A stretch of DNA of 64,000 nucleotides. It comes from Eledone cirrhosa. Its lineage: Eukaryota. A program made the translations under genes and the position numbers. A model generated the notes under the pieces. The model was not told the origin of the DNA. It was given only the letters and a program-made list of their open reading frames with translations, and searched no databases. Every line of letters starts with the position of its first letter. Position 1 is the first letter of the stretch. The stretch lies in contig OZ024741.1 in assembly GCA_964016885.1 (NCBI GenBank), forward strand, positions 335,420,001 to 335,484,000, in the 5' to 3' direction. Shown piece after piece: positions 25,655-36,940 of this stretch.

Positions 25655-28600
25655 CTACAGGCTGATATAGAGAGAAGGCCCATTCACTCGGGCCATTCTC
25701 GCCACTTTCACCCACCTTTCATAAAACTTGCTGGGGTACAGCACCTCTCTCTCCATCCTGATTCTTCTTCCAAAGTGGTATTTGAAAAAAAGAATCAGTT
25801 GTTGGCCGGAGAGAAAGGTGTCTGAACTCAGCCCTTTCAACCTTGTCCACCATACAACCTCTTTCGCCATAGCTATCACACAAAGGAAAACCACCTCTCC
25901 TTCTTTTTTGAAGGAGGGTGGCGGTTTGATCATGACAATGGACTCGGTGGTCAACTGGATTGGTCCCACCCGCGACAATAGTCGTTCTACATAGCCCCAC
26001 AGGTCAGTGACGCCCGGGCAGTGTATGAATGCATGCGCGATGGTTTCTTTGTCTCGCACGCACCTCGGACAGATCTTTTTTGCAGGGTCCCTGCCCGGGC
26101 GCCCATGTCTGTAGAGCTTGTCTCGAACTGGTAGAGCTCCTCAGTACCACTGCCAGGCCAGGGACTTTTGAAAGTTGTCCATCGGTCCCGGGCGGAAAGT
26201 CCTACCGAACAGACTGGCCAGTTCATTTTCCTCTACGCCTAGAGTTTCACCGAGCGCATCGTCGCACTTGCTGCGGATCAACCCTCTATAGAATGACGAA
26301 GTGGAGTCTCCACTGATCGCCGGGTCCGCCTGCCAGAGGGCTGTGAGCGCCTGAGCACATTCGATGTGCCAGTCGCCCATTTTCCTCAGTCTTTGCTTGA
26401 CCCAGGACTGCAGCTCGGTCAGCGAGACGAGTCGTGGGAAGGCTCGCCTCATGAACGGGGCCCACACCGGTTGTCCGGTGAGGAATATGTAGAGATGCCG
26501 CAGCCTGAACGTGTGTTTGTGCATCGTCAAACACGGCATCCCCAGCCCTCCGTTAGAAGGGTGTTGGCAGCAGATGGATCTTCTCACCAAAGGAGCCTGC
26601 CTCTTCCAAAGGAATTGGAAGAGCGCGCGCTCCATTTTGGCGAGCGTTTTGGCTGGACAAGGCACGACGGTCAAGCGGTAGTAGATGGTGGACGCTATAC
26701 AAGTGTTCGCCACCTCCGCTCGACCTTTCAAGGATAGTTTGCACTCGGCCCACTTCTGGGTGAGTGCAAACACCTTGGCCGTCACTTTGTTCCAGTTCTT
26801 CTCCACCTGGAAGTCCGGACCAAACCAGACCCCGAGCAGCTTTACCGGTCCTTCCGTCCAGCGTCCGACGACGCCATCGGAAGGCATCGGTTTGCCTCTC
26901 CACGATCCGAGTTGCAAACCGATGGACTTGTCCCGGTTCAGCTTCGCTCCTGTGAAACTTTCGTATTCCTTCAGGAAGGTGCCGACTTCCTCGATTTGCG
27001 AGGCGCTCGACATCATTAATGCTACGTCGTCGGCGTAGGCCGACGCCGCTTTCCGCAGTCCCGGTTCCAGAGGGAAGCCCTGCAATAACTCCAACTTCCA
27101 CAGTAGTGGCTCAAGAGTCAGTACGTACAGAAGGGAGGAGAGAGGGCATCCCTGTCGAATGGATCGCGTAATATGGAACGGCTCCGAGAGATAGCCGTTC
27201 ACCTTGACCCTTGAGCAGATGTTGCTGTTGTGCATTGCAGCAATCCAGCCCCTGAACACGGGTCCGAAGCCTGCCGCCTCGAGCACCGCATCCAGGTAAC
27301 GATGGTCAACCCTATCGAAAGCCTTAGACTGATCCAAGTTGATCAGGGCCCCACCGAAGCCGGGTTTACACCCTACCCTCTCTATGATGTATCGCATGAG
27401 GTGGAGGTTGTCGTGTATGGACCTGGTCGGGATTGCGCATGTCTGCGCTTCTCCCACCAGGTTCTCGACGACAAGCGCCAGCCTCTTTGCCAACACCTTG
27501 GCCAAAATCTGTAACTCTGTGTTTAGCAGAGTTATGGGCCGGAAGTTGCCTATGTCATCCCCCTTATTCTCGTCCTTCCTGATTAGTGTGACTACACCCC
27601 CAGTTACAGAACTGGGAATTCTCCCGTTCTGTTGCCAGTTGCAGTAGACCGCTTCCAGGAGACCGGAGAATAAGTCCGGCATTGCTACGTAAAATTCGTA
27701 GGGTAGACCGTCAAGACCTGGAGACTTGCGTTTGCCGCATTGGCTCAGCGCATCCCCTATCTCAGCGGCTGAAATTGGCTTTTCGTAGAACTTTGCCTCG
27801 CTGTCCGAGAGTCGCGGTAGGCCATCGAGGTATGGACCGAAATCCATAGCCCCTCCCGCCCCCCCCCCCCCCCGAACGGTCGAGCAAAGTGCCGCTGAAA
27901 GGCCGCACACATCTGCTTCGGCTCACGTATCACGTTTTGGTCCTTCAAAGACCGAATCGTGGACTTGTTGCCACTTTTTGCCTCCATCACTCGGGCCCAG
28001 CTAGCAGCTTTGGCTCCCTCGTTTCCCAGAGCACGTATTTTGCTTCTGACAACGCAGCCCTCGTGCTTTGCGTCGAAGAACTGGTCCAAGGCCGTTCTCG
28101 TTGCTAGCACGCTGGCTACGTTGCCACTTCTAATTGCCTCTTCTACTTTATCTACCAGTTCATTCTCGGTTCTATTTCTATCTAACGCTAATTCTTTACT
28201 AAAAACTAACGAGCCTAATCTAACTGCCCTCTTAAGAGAGTACCACCATCTGTTGTTGACAATGGTCCCTGTCAAGTGCTGTTTAACTGAAGTGCTAATC
28301 CGTCTACTGTAGGCTTTGCTTGTCGGTAACGACAAGTTCAGCTTCCAGTAGCCGGGTCCTTGTCTATGGGTTCTATCAAGGTTGGCCATGCAGGTCACTA
28401 GTTTGTGATCTGAATAGGCAACCATGAACATTTGTGGACAGCTAAACATTTCCCTATCCTTATTTCTAACTAGAACCCTATCTAGGTACGATCTAGATGT
28501 TCCGCTACGATTAGTCCACGTCCACAGTGGCGCAGTCGGAAAATCTAGTCGATATCTATCGGCCAGGTCAAATCGGTCGATTAACTGTTTGAGGCTGTTA

Positions 28601-29055
28601 CACCCCCCCCCCCTTTATTGGGACATGCTCCCACATAGTCCCAACGTGCATCTAGGATTCCATTCCAGTCCCCCACTAAAAGCAAGGAGCGGGACGTTCC
28701 CAGAAAAGTCTCTAGACGTTTGAAGAATTCTGGCCGCGGTGTCCCGGATGGGGCATATGCGGCCACCAGCCTGAAGGCTCCACCTTCACTACCGTCAACG
28801 TCTAGGACCAACAGTCGACCCTCTACGTCGAGATGTACCGTCTGTGTTACGAGGCCCAGGTGTTTCCGCAGCAAAACAGCAACTCCGCCCCCACCCCTCG
28901 GTTGACAGAGAGATGCGTCGCTCCCTGTGGATCCTGGACTCGCAAATGGCTACCACATCCATACTGTGCGACCTGAGGTCGTTTAAGAGTTTGCCCTGTT
29001 TCCAGGGCATCCCCGGGCCGCGTACGTTCACACATCCAACTCTTATATTGGCCAT
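25655..29055 (-). pseudogene. Element A ORF2 (APE-RT-CCHC), disrupted
   Basis: Pieces GCVNVRG, GDWNG, YSDH, KSPGLDG, NFRPITLLN, DQSKAFDRV, RQGCPLS, AYADD, ETIAHAFIHC; colinear with 32380-35817; several frameshifts, some at G homopolymers. Confidence 0.92.
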
Positions 29056-29092
29056 GTTGGTGCTGAAAAGTTAAAAGAGGAAAAGAGATCAC

Positions 29093-31051
29093 TCACCCTT
29101 CGTCTCCTGGGGACCAGGCCACACGATTTCCATGGGGGGTGTTGGAGGGGTTGTCTGGATGGGTGGTGGTTTCCGGCGGGGTGGGGACGCAGATGTTTGG
29201 TGGGGTGGGGTCTGGTGGGATGGGGGTGTCTGGGGTGGGGAGGCATTTGAGAAGGACGCGGTTGAGTGGTTTCACGCAGGAATTACCCACATCCTTCTCA
29301 AATGTTTCTTTTAGGGACCTATAAGTTTGTATAGGGACCCTAATCAGTTTTAGGTTCAGTTTGTTGCTATTTTTAATAGAGTGGGCGAAAGTTTTCCCTT
29401 CGGTGAAAACCGAAGGGTCGTTCGTGATGGTCTCCATTAGTGTTTTGTTTTCAGTGTTTATGTAAGTGTAAGTGTAATTTTCTTGTGTTGTGTTTGTTTT
29501 TGTCTGTAGTTCTTGTGTGTGCTTTCGTTTTGTTGTAGGTATTTTGTTTTCAGGAGGTGGGGGTTTTGTTTGTGATGTTTTTGTTGTTTGTGTTGGTGGT
29601 TGTATGTTTGTGGTAGTGTTTGCTGGTTTTTTGCTTTTGTGATGTCTTTTCTTTCTTTTCGAGGGAGAACCCCATCGCTCGAGCGATGGGGTTCTCCCTC
29701 GTCTTCACTGGGTGATGGCGAGATAGCCTCATCTGTTGTATCGTCTGTGTGATTGGGGAGGGGTATGTCTTGGGGAGCTGTTGTGTCTGTATGTGATTTT
29801 GCAGTCGTTTTAGGTGGAGTGGGGTTGGGTGGGACTGTGTTTGTTGTGGTTATTTTTGTGTGTTGGTGTTGTTGTTGTTGTGGTGGTGTTGGTGGTTGTG
29901 TTGTTTTGATGGGTGTCGGCAGAAGAGCCTTTTTTTGGTTCATTAGTTTAGGACAGGAAGCCCTCAGGTGACCCCTGCTAAAGCAATGGTAACATGAAGG
30001 CCGCCTACCCTCAACCGAAAGGTTTATGTAGGTGAGTCCGTCCAGGAGTACACGCTGTGGGATCATAGCTATTCGCTCTGGGCTCATTTGCACCAGAACT
30101 TCAATGCTAGTCCCATTGAATACATCTCTGGGGGACTTTCCTACTGACAGTATTGTGTCTTGATCAAAATTGATGAAGCCGCACAGTATCCTCCATATGT
30201 TCACCTTTGGTGTGACCTTCGTGATTTGGATCTTTTGTGTCCTTTTCCCCATGTATGTAGGGAAAAAGGTGTACAGGTTGGATACAATTGGCGACACAGA
30301 GTAATTTTGGGCCGTCAATTGATCCTTCATGAGTACCGAAATACTCCCAAAAAGTTTGCTTCTTTGAATGAATGCAATATCATTCATTGAATTTTTGAAA
30401 ACCAGTTCAATTTCTTTCTGTGACAATTGGACTGGTTTTCGGGTAGAATTGGAAACTGTCCTAAAAACTATCGTTTTGAGAGCAGTTTCCTTGAGAATTT
30501 CTACCGGAGAATTGATGCTGAAAGCACCATTTTTTTCGAAAGTGACATATCTCCTAGCGTCCTTTAAAAGTTGTTCGGCATTTGTTATGTCGATATATAT
30601 CAGTTCCTCCTTTTTTTGAACTGTCTGTGCAAAGGAGATTTTGGTTTCTTTGTGGAATTATCCGTGTTGGTGGTGTTGTCATTATTGTTGTTATTGTTGT
30701 TGTTATTCTTGTTGTCACTGATGTTGATATTATTCGTATTTTCCTAGGTGTTGGTGTTGGTGTTGTTGTTGTCTTTGATGCTGGTGTTATTGGTGTTGTC
30801 TTTATTTTTTCTTTGTTATTGTTATCATTGTTGTTTTTATCATCATTATTGGTGTTGCTGTTATTTTTGTTGTCATTGAACTGTTTGGTGTCATTTGTGT
30901 TGTTTGGATATGAATTTGTTTTTACATTTTCATTTCGTCTTTCCATCTCTATAGTATCTATTGAGAAGGAAAGGGAAGAAGACGATGTTGACTGCGAGCT
31001 CTGTAGTCTTACCGACTCTCCACCACCATTATCGTTGAACGCAGCGTTCAT
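29093..31051 (-). pseudogene. Element A ORF1 (gag-like, CCHC zinc knuckle), frameshifted
   Basis: CYHCFSRGHLRASC (C-x2-C-x4-H-x4-C) at about 29952-29993; low-complexity N/T/P linkers; C-terminal block shared with element D. Confidence 0.8.
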
Positions 31052-31280
31052 AACGTAATCAAATTCTTTATTTCCAAAATTCGATGGAGAAAAAATTTTC
31101 AAACGAATATTTCGCCCCTGTAGGGGCGAAAATGAGTTGACCCACCATCTGAAGGTCCAGACGGGGGGGGGGGGGGTCAAGTTACTCAATAATATAAAAT
31201 TTAACTGAAAACTCACGTTTTTTCTTACATAAAATAACGGAAACTTCTCCGCGAAGTTACACACGTCTGATAGATAGATA

Positions 31281-31654
31281 TATTTCTTTATTAGCCACAG
31301 GGGCACAAAAGAAGGGGACAAATACAAAGGGGGAAGTTTACATACAATAAAAACGTGTAAAATGTTATCACAGATGGAATTTAAAAGTTAGTCGATTTTC
31401 CCCAATAGAGGGAGACAGTTTATATGGGTAACACAGACCCCCGAAAAAAATGTGCAACCCTCATCTCCAGGAGTACGAAGAGCTTGTACTCCTTTCCTCT
31501 CCTCCTCCTTTTCCTCAACCTACAGGCTGATATAGAGAGAAGGCCCATTCACTCGGGCCATTCTCGCCACTTTCACCCACCTTTCATAAAACTTGCTGGG
31601 GTACAGCACCTCTCTCTCCATCCTGATTCTTCTTCCAAAGTGGTATTTGAAAAA

Positions 31655-31657
<3 letters not shown>
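31281..31657 (-). mobile_element. Tx1-like element B, 3' stub nearly identical to A
   Basis: Matches 25416-25792 with few differences; bounded by (GATA)n on both sides. Confidence 0.92.
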
Positions 31658-31716
<59 letters not shown>

Positions 31717-32092
31717 CTCTTTATTAGCCACAAGGGCGCAACAAGAAAGGGGACAATACAAAGACATGCCGGGGATTTTACATACAGTCGTGTAAAAAAT
31801 ATAAAAACAAACAATTTCAACAATCGAAATCCCCAATAGGGGGGAGGCGCCACAAATGGGTTGTTTAATACCCCCGTCGATAGAACAACCCTCAACTCAA
31901 GGAGCGTGTTGTGTAAGTGCTCCTTTCTTCCTTTTGCTCTCTTCCTCAACCTACAGGCTTATAAACAGAGAAGGCCCAATCACTCGGGCCATTTTCGCTT
32001 CATTCACCCACCTTTCAGTAAATTTACTGGGTGCAGTGCCTCTCTCTCCACCCTGATTCTCCTTCTAAAGTGATACTTAAAGAATGGAATCA
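31717..32092 (-). mobile_element. Tx1-like element C, 3' stub of a diverged family
   Basis: Encodes the ORF2 end (RWVNEAKMARVIGPSLFISL*) plus a diverged 3' UTR; bounded by (GATA)n. Confidence 0.9.
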
Positions 32093-32115
32093 ATAGATAG
32101 ATAGATAGATAGATA

Positions 32116-35100
32116 AGTTTCTTTTATTTGCCACTAGGGCATCAAAAGTGGGACAAGTACAAAGGGGGGAGTTTACACAAAAAGGCGTCCTCAATAAGGA
32201 GGAGGCAATAACAAAATATAAAAATAAAATAAGATATAACAAAAAATAAAATTTTTAACAAAATCCTCAATAGAGAGGAGGCGCCTTGGGGGGTCGCACA
32301 CACCCCCGAAAAAAGTGTGCAACCCTTTTCCTCAGGAGCACAGAGAGGGGGTGCTCCCTCGTTCCTTCCTCTTTTCCACCTACAGGCTTATGTAAAGAGA
32401 AGGCCCATTCACACGGGCCATTCTCGCCACTTTCACCCACCTTTCATAAAAACGACTGGGGTGCAGCACCTCTCTCTCCATCCTGATCCTTCTTCCGAAA
32501 TGATATCGGAAGAAACGGACCAGTTGTTGGCCAGAGAGAAAGGTGCCTGACCTCAGTCCTTTCAGACGCGTCCACCATACAACCTCTTTCGCCATGGCTA
32601 TTACGCACAGAAACACCGCCTCTGCTTCATCTTTGAAGGGGGGAGGCGGCTTGATCATTACAATAGACTCGGTGGTCAACCGGATCGGTCCCACCCTTGA
32701 CAGCAGTTGTTCGACATAGCCCCACAGATCGGCTACGCCCGAGCAGTGTACCAATGCGTGTGCAACGGTTTCCTCGTCGCACACGCATCTGGGACAGATC
32801 TTTTTGGCGGGGTCCCTACCCGGGCGCCCGTGTCTGTAGAGCCTTTCTCGAACGGGTAAAGCCCCTCGGTAGCACTGCCAGGCCAGGGACTTCTGGAAGT
32901 TGTCCATAGGTCCCGGGCTGAATGTCCTACCGAACAGGCTGGCCAGTTCGTCCTCCTCCATGTCTAGGGCTTCTCCGAGGGCGTCGTCGCACCTGCTGCG
33001 TACCAGCCCTCTATAGAATGTTGCGGTGGAGTCTCCACTGATAACCGGATCCGCCTGCCAGAGGGCGGTGAGCGCCTGGGCACACTCAGTGTGCCAGGCG
33101 CCCAGTTTTCTCGGTCTTTGCTTGACCCAGGATTGCAGCTCGGTGAGTGAGACGAGTCTGGGAAAGGTTCGTCTCACAAACGAGGCCCACACCGGTTGTC
33201 CGGTGAGGAATACGTAGAGGTGCCGTAGCCTTAATGCGTGTTTACGCATCATTAGCCACGGCATCCCCAGCCCTCCTTTCGAAGGGTGTTGACAGCAGAT
33301 GGATCTCCTCACCATAGGAGCCCGCCTCTTCCAAAGGAATTGGAAGAGCGCGCGCTCCATCTTGGTGAGGGTTTCCCTTGGGCAGGGCACTACGGTCAGG
33401 CGGTAGTAGATGACGGACGCTATATAAGTGTTCGCCACCTCCGCCCGACCTTTCAGGGATAGTTTGCAACTGGCCCACTTCTGGGTCAGTGCAAACACCC
33501 TGTTCGTAACCTCCGCCCAGTTTTTCTCCACCTGGAGGTCCGGTCCGAACCAGACCCCGAGCAACTTCACCGGGCCCTCCGTCCAGCGTCCGACGACGCC
33601 ATCAGAGGGCATCGGTCTGCCCCTCCACGTGCCGAGTTGCAAACCGATCGACTTGTCCCGGTTCAGCTTAGCCCCTGTGAACTTTTCGTACTCCTCCAGT
33701 AAGGTGCCGACCGCCTCGATTTCGGAGGCCGTCGACACCATTACTGTCACATCATCGGCGTAGGCTGACACCGCTTTCCGCAATCCCGGTTCCAAAGGGA
33801 TGCCCTGCAACAACTCCAACTTCCGCAGTAGTGGCTCGAGAGTCAACACATACAGAAGGGAGGAGAGAGGGCACCCTTGTCGGATGGACCGCGCGATTTT
33901 GAACGGCTCCGAGAGGTAGCCGTTCACCTTGACCCTAGAGCAGATGCGGCTGCTGTGCATAGCAGTGATCCAGCCCCTGAAAACGGGTCCGAAGCCTGCC
34001 GCCGCTAGCACCGCATCCAGGTAACCATGGTCGACCCTATCGAACGCCTTAGATTGATCCAAGTTGATCAGAGCCCCACCAAAGCCGGGTTCGTTCCCAA
34101 CCCTCTCTATGATGTATCGCATGAGGTGGAGGTTGTCATGGATGGACCTGGACGGGATAGCGCATGTCTGCGCATCTCCCACCAGGTTGCCCACGACAAG
34201 CGCCAACCTCTTTGCTAGCACCTTGGCCAAAATCTGTAACTCTGTATTTAGCAGAGTTATGGGCCTGAAGTTACTTATTTCGTCCCCCTTGTTCTCGTCC
34301 TTCCTCACTAGCGTGACTACGCCCTTGGTCACAGTACAGGGAATTCTCCCGTTCTGTTGCCAGTTGCAGTAGACCGCCTCGAGGAGATCGGGGAACAAGT
34401 CCGGCATAGCTAGATATAATTCGTAAGGAAGACCATCGAGACCCGGGGATTTGCGTTTGCCGCATTGGCTCAGCACGTCCTCTATCTCAGCGGCCGAAAT
34501 CGGCTCCTCGCAGGACTTCGCCTCCCTGTCCGAGAGGCGCGGCAGGCCGTCGAGGTATGGACCGAAGTCCACGTTCCCAACCGGCTCCCCGCCCCTCCCG
34601 AACAGTCGGGCAAAGTGCCTTTGAAAGGCCTCACACATCTGCTTAGGCTCAAGAATCGCCCGTCCATCCAGGTCTCGCAAAGACCGGATGGTGGATTTAG
34701 TTCCACTGTTGGCCTCTGTCACGCGGGCCCAGCTAACAGCTTTGGCCCCCTCGTTCCCTAGAGCACGTATTTTACTTCGGACAACGCAGCCTTCGTGCTT
34801 CGCGTCGAAAAACTGGCTCAAAGCCGTTCTCGACGCTAGCACTCTGGCCACGTCGCCGCTTCTAATTGCCTCTTCTACTCTATCTATTAGCTCCCTTTCC
34901 TTCCTATTCCTATCCGCAGCTAGAACCTTACTAAATTCAATCGAGACTACTCTAATCTCTCTCTTTAGAGATACCCACCACCTGCTGTTGACGATCGCTC
35001 CAGTCAACCGTTCCTTAACTAACGTACTAATCCGATTCCTGTAGGCTCTACTTGCCGGCAAGGACAAGTTGAGCTTCCAGTAACCGGGGCCCTGTCTATG

Positions 35101-36159
35101 AGTTCTGTCAAGGTTGACCATGCAGGTCACTAATTTGTGGTCTGAATAGCCAACCATGCGCATTTTTGGACAACTTAAATAGTCCTTATCCTTAATTCTA
35201 ACTAAGAACCTATCTAGGTACGACCTAGATGATCCGCTACGATTTGCCCAAGTCCAGGTTGGCGCAGTCGGAAAATCTAGTCGATATCTATCGGCCAGGT
35301 CAAATCGACCGATTAACCCTTTGAGGCTATTACACCCCTCTCTATCGGGGCAGGCCCCTACGTAGTCCCAGCGTGCATCTAGGATACCATTCCAGTCCCC
35401 CACTAATAGCAAGGAGCGGGACGTCCCTAGAAAAGTCTCCAGACGATGGAAGAAGTCCGGCCGCATTGACCCGAAAGGGCCGTAGGCGGCTACCAACCTA
35501 AACGCTCCACCTTTACCACTGCCAAGGTCCAGAACCACTAGTCGACCCTCCGGGTCCAAATGTACCATCTGTGTTGCGAGACCCAGATGTTTTTGCAGCA
35601 GAACGACAACTCCACCCCCACCTCCGGGCTGACAGAGAGATGCGTGCATCTCAAAGTCATCAAAGGTGGGGGCCAGCTGTCGCACGTTGCTGATCCGGGC
35701 CTCGCAAATAACCATCACATCTATACGTTGTGACCTGAGGTCATTTAGAAGCATTGCTTGCTTCCAAGTTGAGCCCAGGCCACGCGCATTTAAGCAGCCT
35801 ACTCTTAGCATAGCCATGTTGGTGGTGAAGAGAAAAGGCACTTACCTCTCTGCGTCCCGGGTATCGGGCTGCACAATTTCCATTAGGGTGGGGGATGGGT
35901 TGTTGGGTGGGGTGGTGGTTTGTGGAAGTGTGGGGGCATCAGTGTGTTGTGTGGTTGGGGAGCTTGGAGTTGTGAGGGTGTTTGGGGAGGGGGTGGGATA
36001 GTTTTTTAGGAGGACGCGGTTAATGGGCCCGACGCAGGGGGGACCCACGTCCTCTTTAAAATTGTTTTTTAAAGTTTTATAGGTGTCCTGTGGGGCCTTA
36101 ATCATTTTGAGGTGGGGGAAATCCCCTGCCTGGGTGAAGTTAGGCCCTTGTGTTTTTAT
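32116..36159 (-). mobile_element. Tx1-like element D, truncated within ORF1, ORF2 intact
   Basis: Bounded by (GATA)n at 32093-32115 and 36160-36190. Confidence 0.93.
32380..35817 (-). CDS. Intact ORF2p: APE endonuclease, reverse transcriptase, CCHC zinc finger (1145 aa from ATG 35817)
   Basis: CLNARG, ICEAR, GDWN, SYLDRF, YSDH; PGYWKLN; KSPGLDG, NFRPITLLN, DQSKAFDRVDH, RQGCPLS, YADD, LLGV, GGLG; CPRC-x8-H-x4-C; no stops. Confidence 0.95.
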   Translation of the reverse strand: MAMLRVGCLNARGLGSTWKQAMLLNDLRSQRIDVMVICEARISNVRQLAPTFDDFEMHASLCQPGGGGGVVVLLQKHLGLATQMVHLDPEGRLVVLDLGSGKGGAFRLVAAYGPFGSMRPDFFHRLETFLGTSRSLLLVGDWNGILDARWDYVGACPDREGCNSLKGLIGRFDLADRYRLDFPTAPTWTWANRSGSSRSYLDRFLVRIKDKDYLSCPKMRMVGYSDHKLVTCMVNLDRTHRQGPGYWKLNLSLPASRAYRNRISTLVKERLTGAIVNSRWWVSLKREIRVVSIEFSKVLAADRNRKERELIDRVEEAIRSGDVARVLASRTALSQFFDAKHEGCVVRSKIRALGNEGAKAVSWARVTEANSGTKSTIRSLRDLDGRAILEPKQMCEAFQRHFARLFGRGGEPVGNVDFGPYLDGLPRLSDREAKSCEEPISAAEIEDVLSQCGKRKSPGLDGLPYELYLAMPDLFPDLLEAVYCNWQQNGRIPCTVTKGVVTLVRKDENKGDEISNFRPITLLNTELQILAKVLAKRLALVVGNLVGDAQTCAIPSRSIHDNLHLMRYIIERVGNEPGFGGALINLDQSKAFDRVDHGYLDAVLAAAGFGPVFRGWITAMHSSRICSRVKVNGYLSEPFKIARSIRQGCPLSSLLYVLTLEPLLRKLELLQGIPLEPGLRKAVSAYADDVTVMVSTASEIEAVGTLLEEYEKFTGAKLNRDKSIGLQLGTWRGRPMPSDGVVGRWTEGPVKLLGVWFGPDLQVEKNWAEVTNRVFALTQKWASCKLSLKGRAEVANTYIASVIYYRLTVVPCPRETLTKMERALFQFLWKRRAPMVRRSICCQHPSKGGLGMPWLMMRKHALRLRHLYVFLTGQPVWASFVRRTFPRLVSLTELQSWVKQRPRKLGAWHTECAQALTALWQADPVISGDSTATFYRGLVRSRCDDALGEALDMEEDELASLFGRTFSPGPMDNFQKSLAWQCYRGALPVRERLYRHGRPGRDPAKKICPRCVCDEETVAHALVHCSGVADLWGYVEQLLSRVGPIRLTTESIVMIKPPPPFKDEAEAVFLCVIAMAKEVVWWTRLKGLRSGTFLSGQQLVRFFRYHFGRRIRMEREVLHPSRFYERWVKVARMARVNGPSLYISL

Positions 36160-36190
<31 letters not shown>

Positions 36191-36534
36191 GTAGAAAGTG
36201 AGATAGAAGGATAGAGAGAGAAAAAAAGAAAAAGAGAGAGGAAATGAGTGTGCAAAACAATATAGAACAATATAGAACCTGTGATTGGCTGGATAGAGTA
36301 AGGCACGCTTATGATACTGCCAAGTTCTTCCAGCTGTACTGCATTAATGTTATTGTTGTTGTTGCCGTGGTCGTTATTGTTGTCGTTATGGTTGCTGTTG
36401 TTGTTGCTACAGTTGTTGTCATCATTGTTATTGCTGTTGTCATTGTTATCAATCCTGTTGTTATTGGTGGTGTTGTTGTTTTTGTCATTGTTATTAATAT
36501 TGTTGGAGTTGTTATTGTTATTTAGCTCTAACCT

Positions 36535-36940
36535 TCTTCTTCTTCTTCTTCTTCTTCTTCTTCTTCTTCTTCTTCTTCTTCCACCCACATATTTCTGGAA
36601 GGGTCATGGGAGGCAGAGTCCTCAAACACTCCTTTTAGAAGGTCTTGTCAGAAGCAACTGTCTCCAATTGATCTGGCTGGATCCCCAGAATTCTTTCCTG
36701 AGACATTCTAACCAAATGCCTGTAATACTGGAGCTGAGATCTCTCATTTTAGAGAAGTAGTGGCTTTAATTTAAACAACATTGATCTTCAAGCTGCATAC
36801 TCTATCAAGTAACATTAGTCCAAAGACCCTTCGGAGGAACCCCATTTCAACCACAATCGTATTCTTTCAGTTATTACCCAACATACATGACCATAGATAT
36901 GTGTTGGCATGAGCACCAAATTGAAGATAACGAGTTGACT
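36535..36940 (-). mobile_element. RTE/Expander-like 3' fragment with (GAA)n tail
   Basis: Reverse complement resembles 18170-18626; (TTC)n at 36535-36581. Confidence 0.75.

Larger units (their letters stand above)
25416..31268 (-). mobile_element. Tx1-like (L1-group) non-LTR retrotransposon A, apparently full length, frameshifted
   Basis: 5' UTR, ORF1 with CCHC knuckle, ORF2 with EN, RT and zinc finger, 3' UTR with AATAAAG; flanked by (GATA)n at 25397-25415 and 31269-31280. Confidence 0.92.

Noticed and set aside
35842-36588. 248-aa ORF as a complete ORF1 of element D
   Set aside because: Only the part below 36160 is element-derived; the rest is (GATA)n, (TTG)n and (TTC)n repeats read through by chance.
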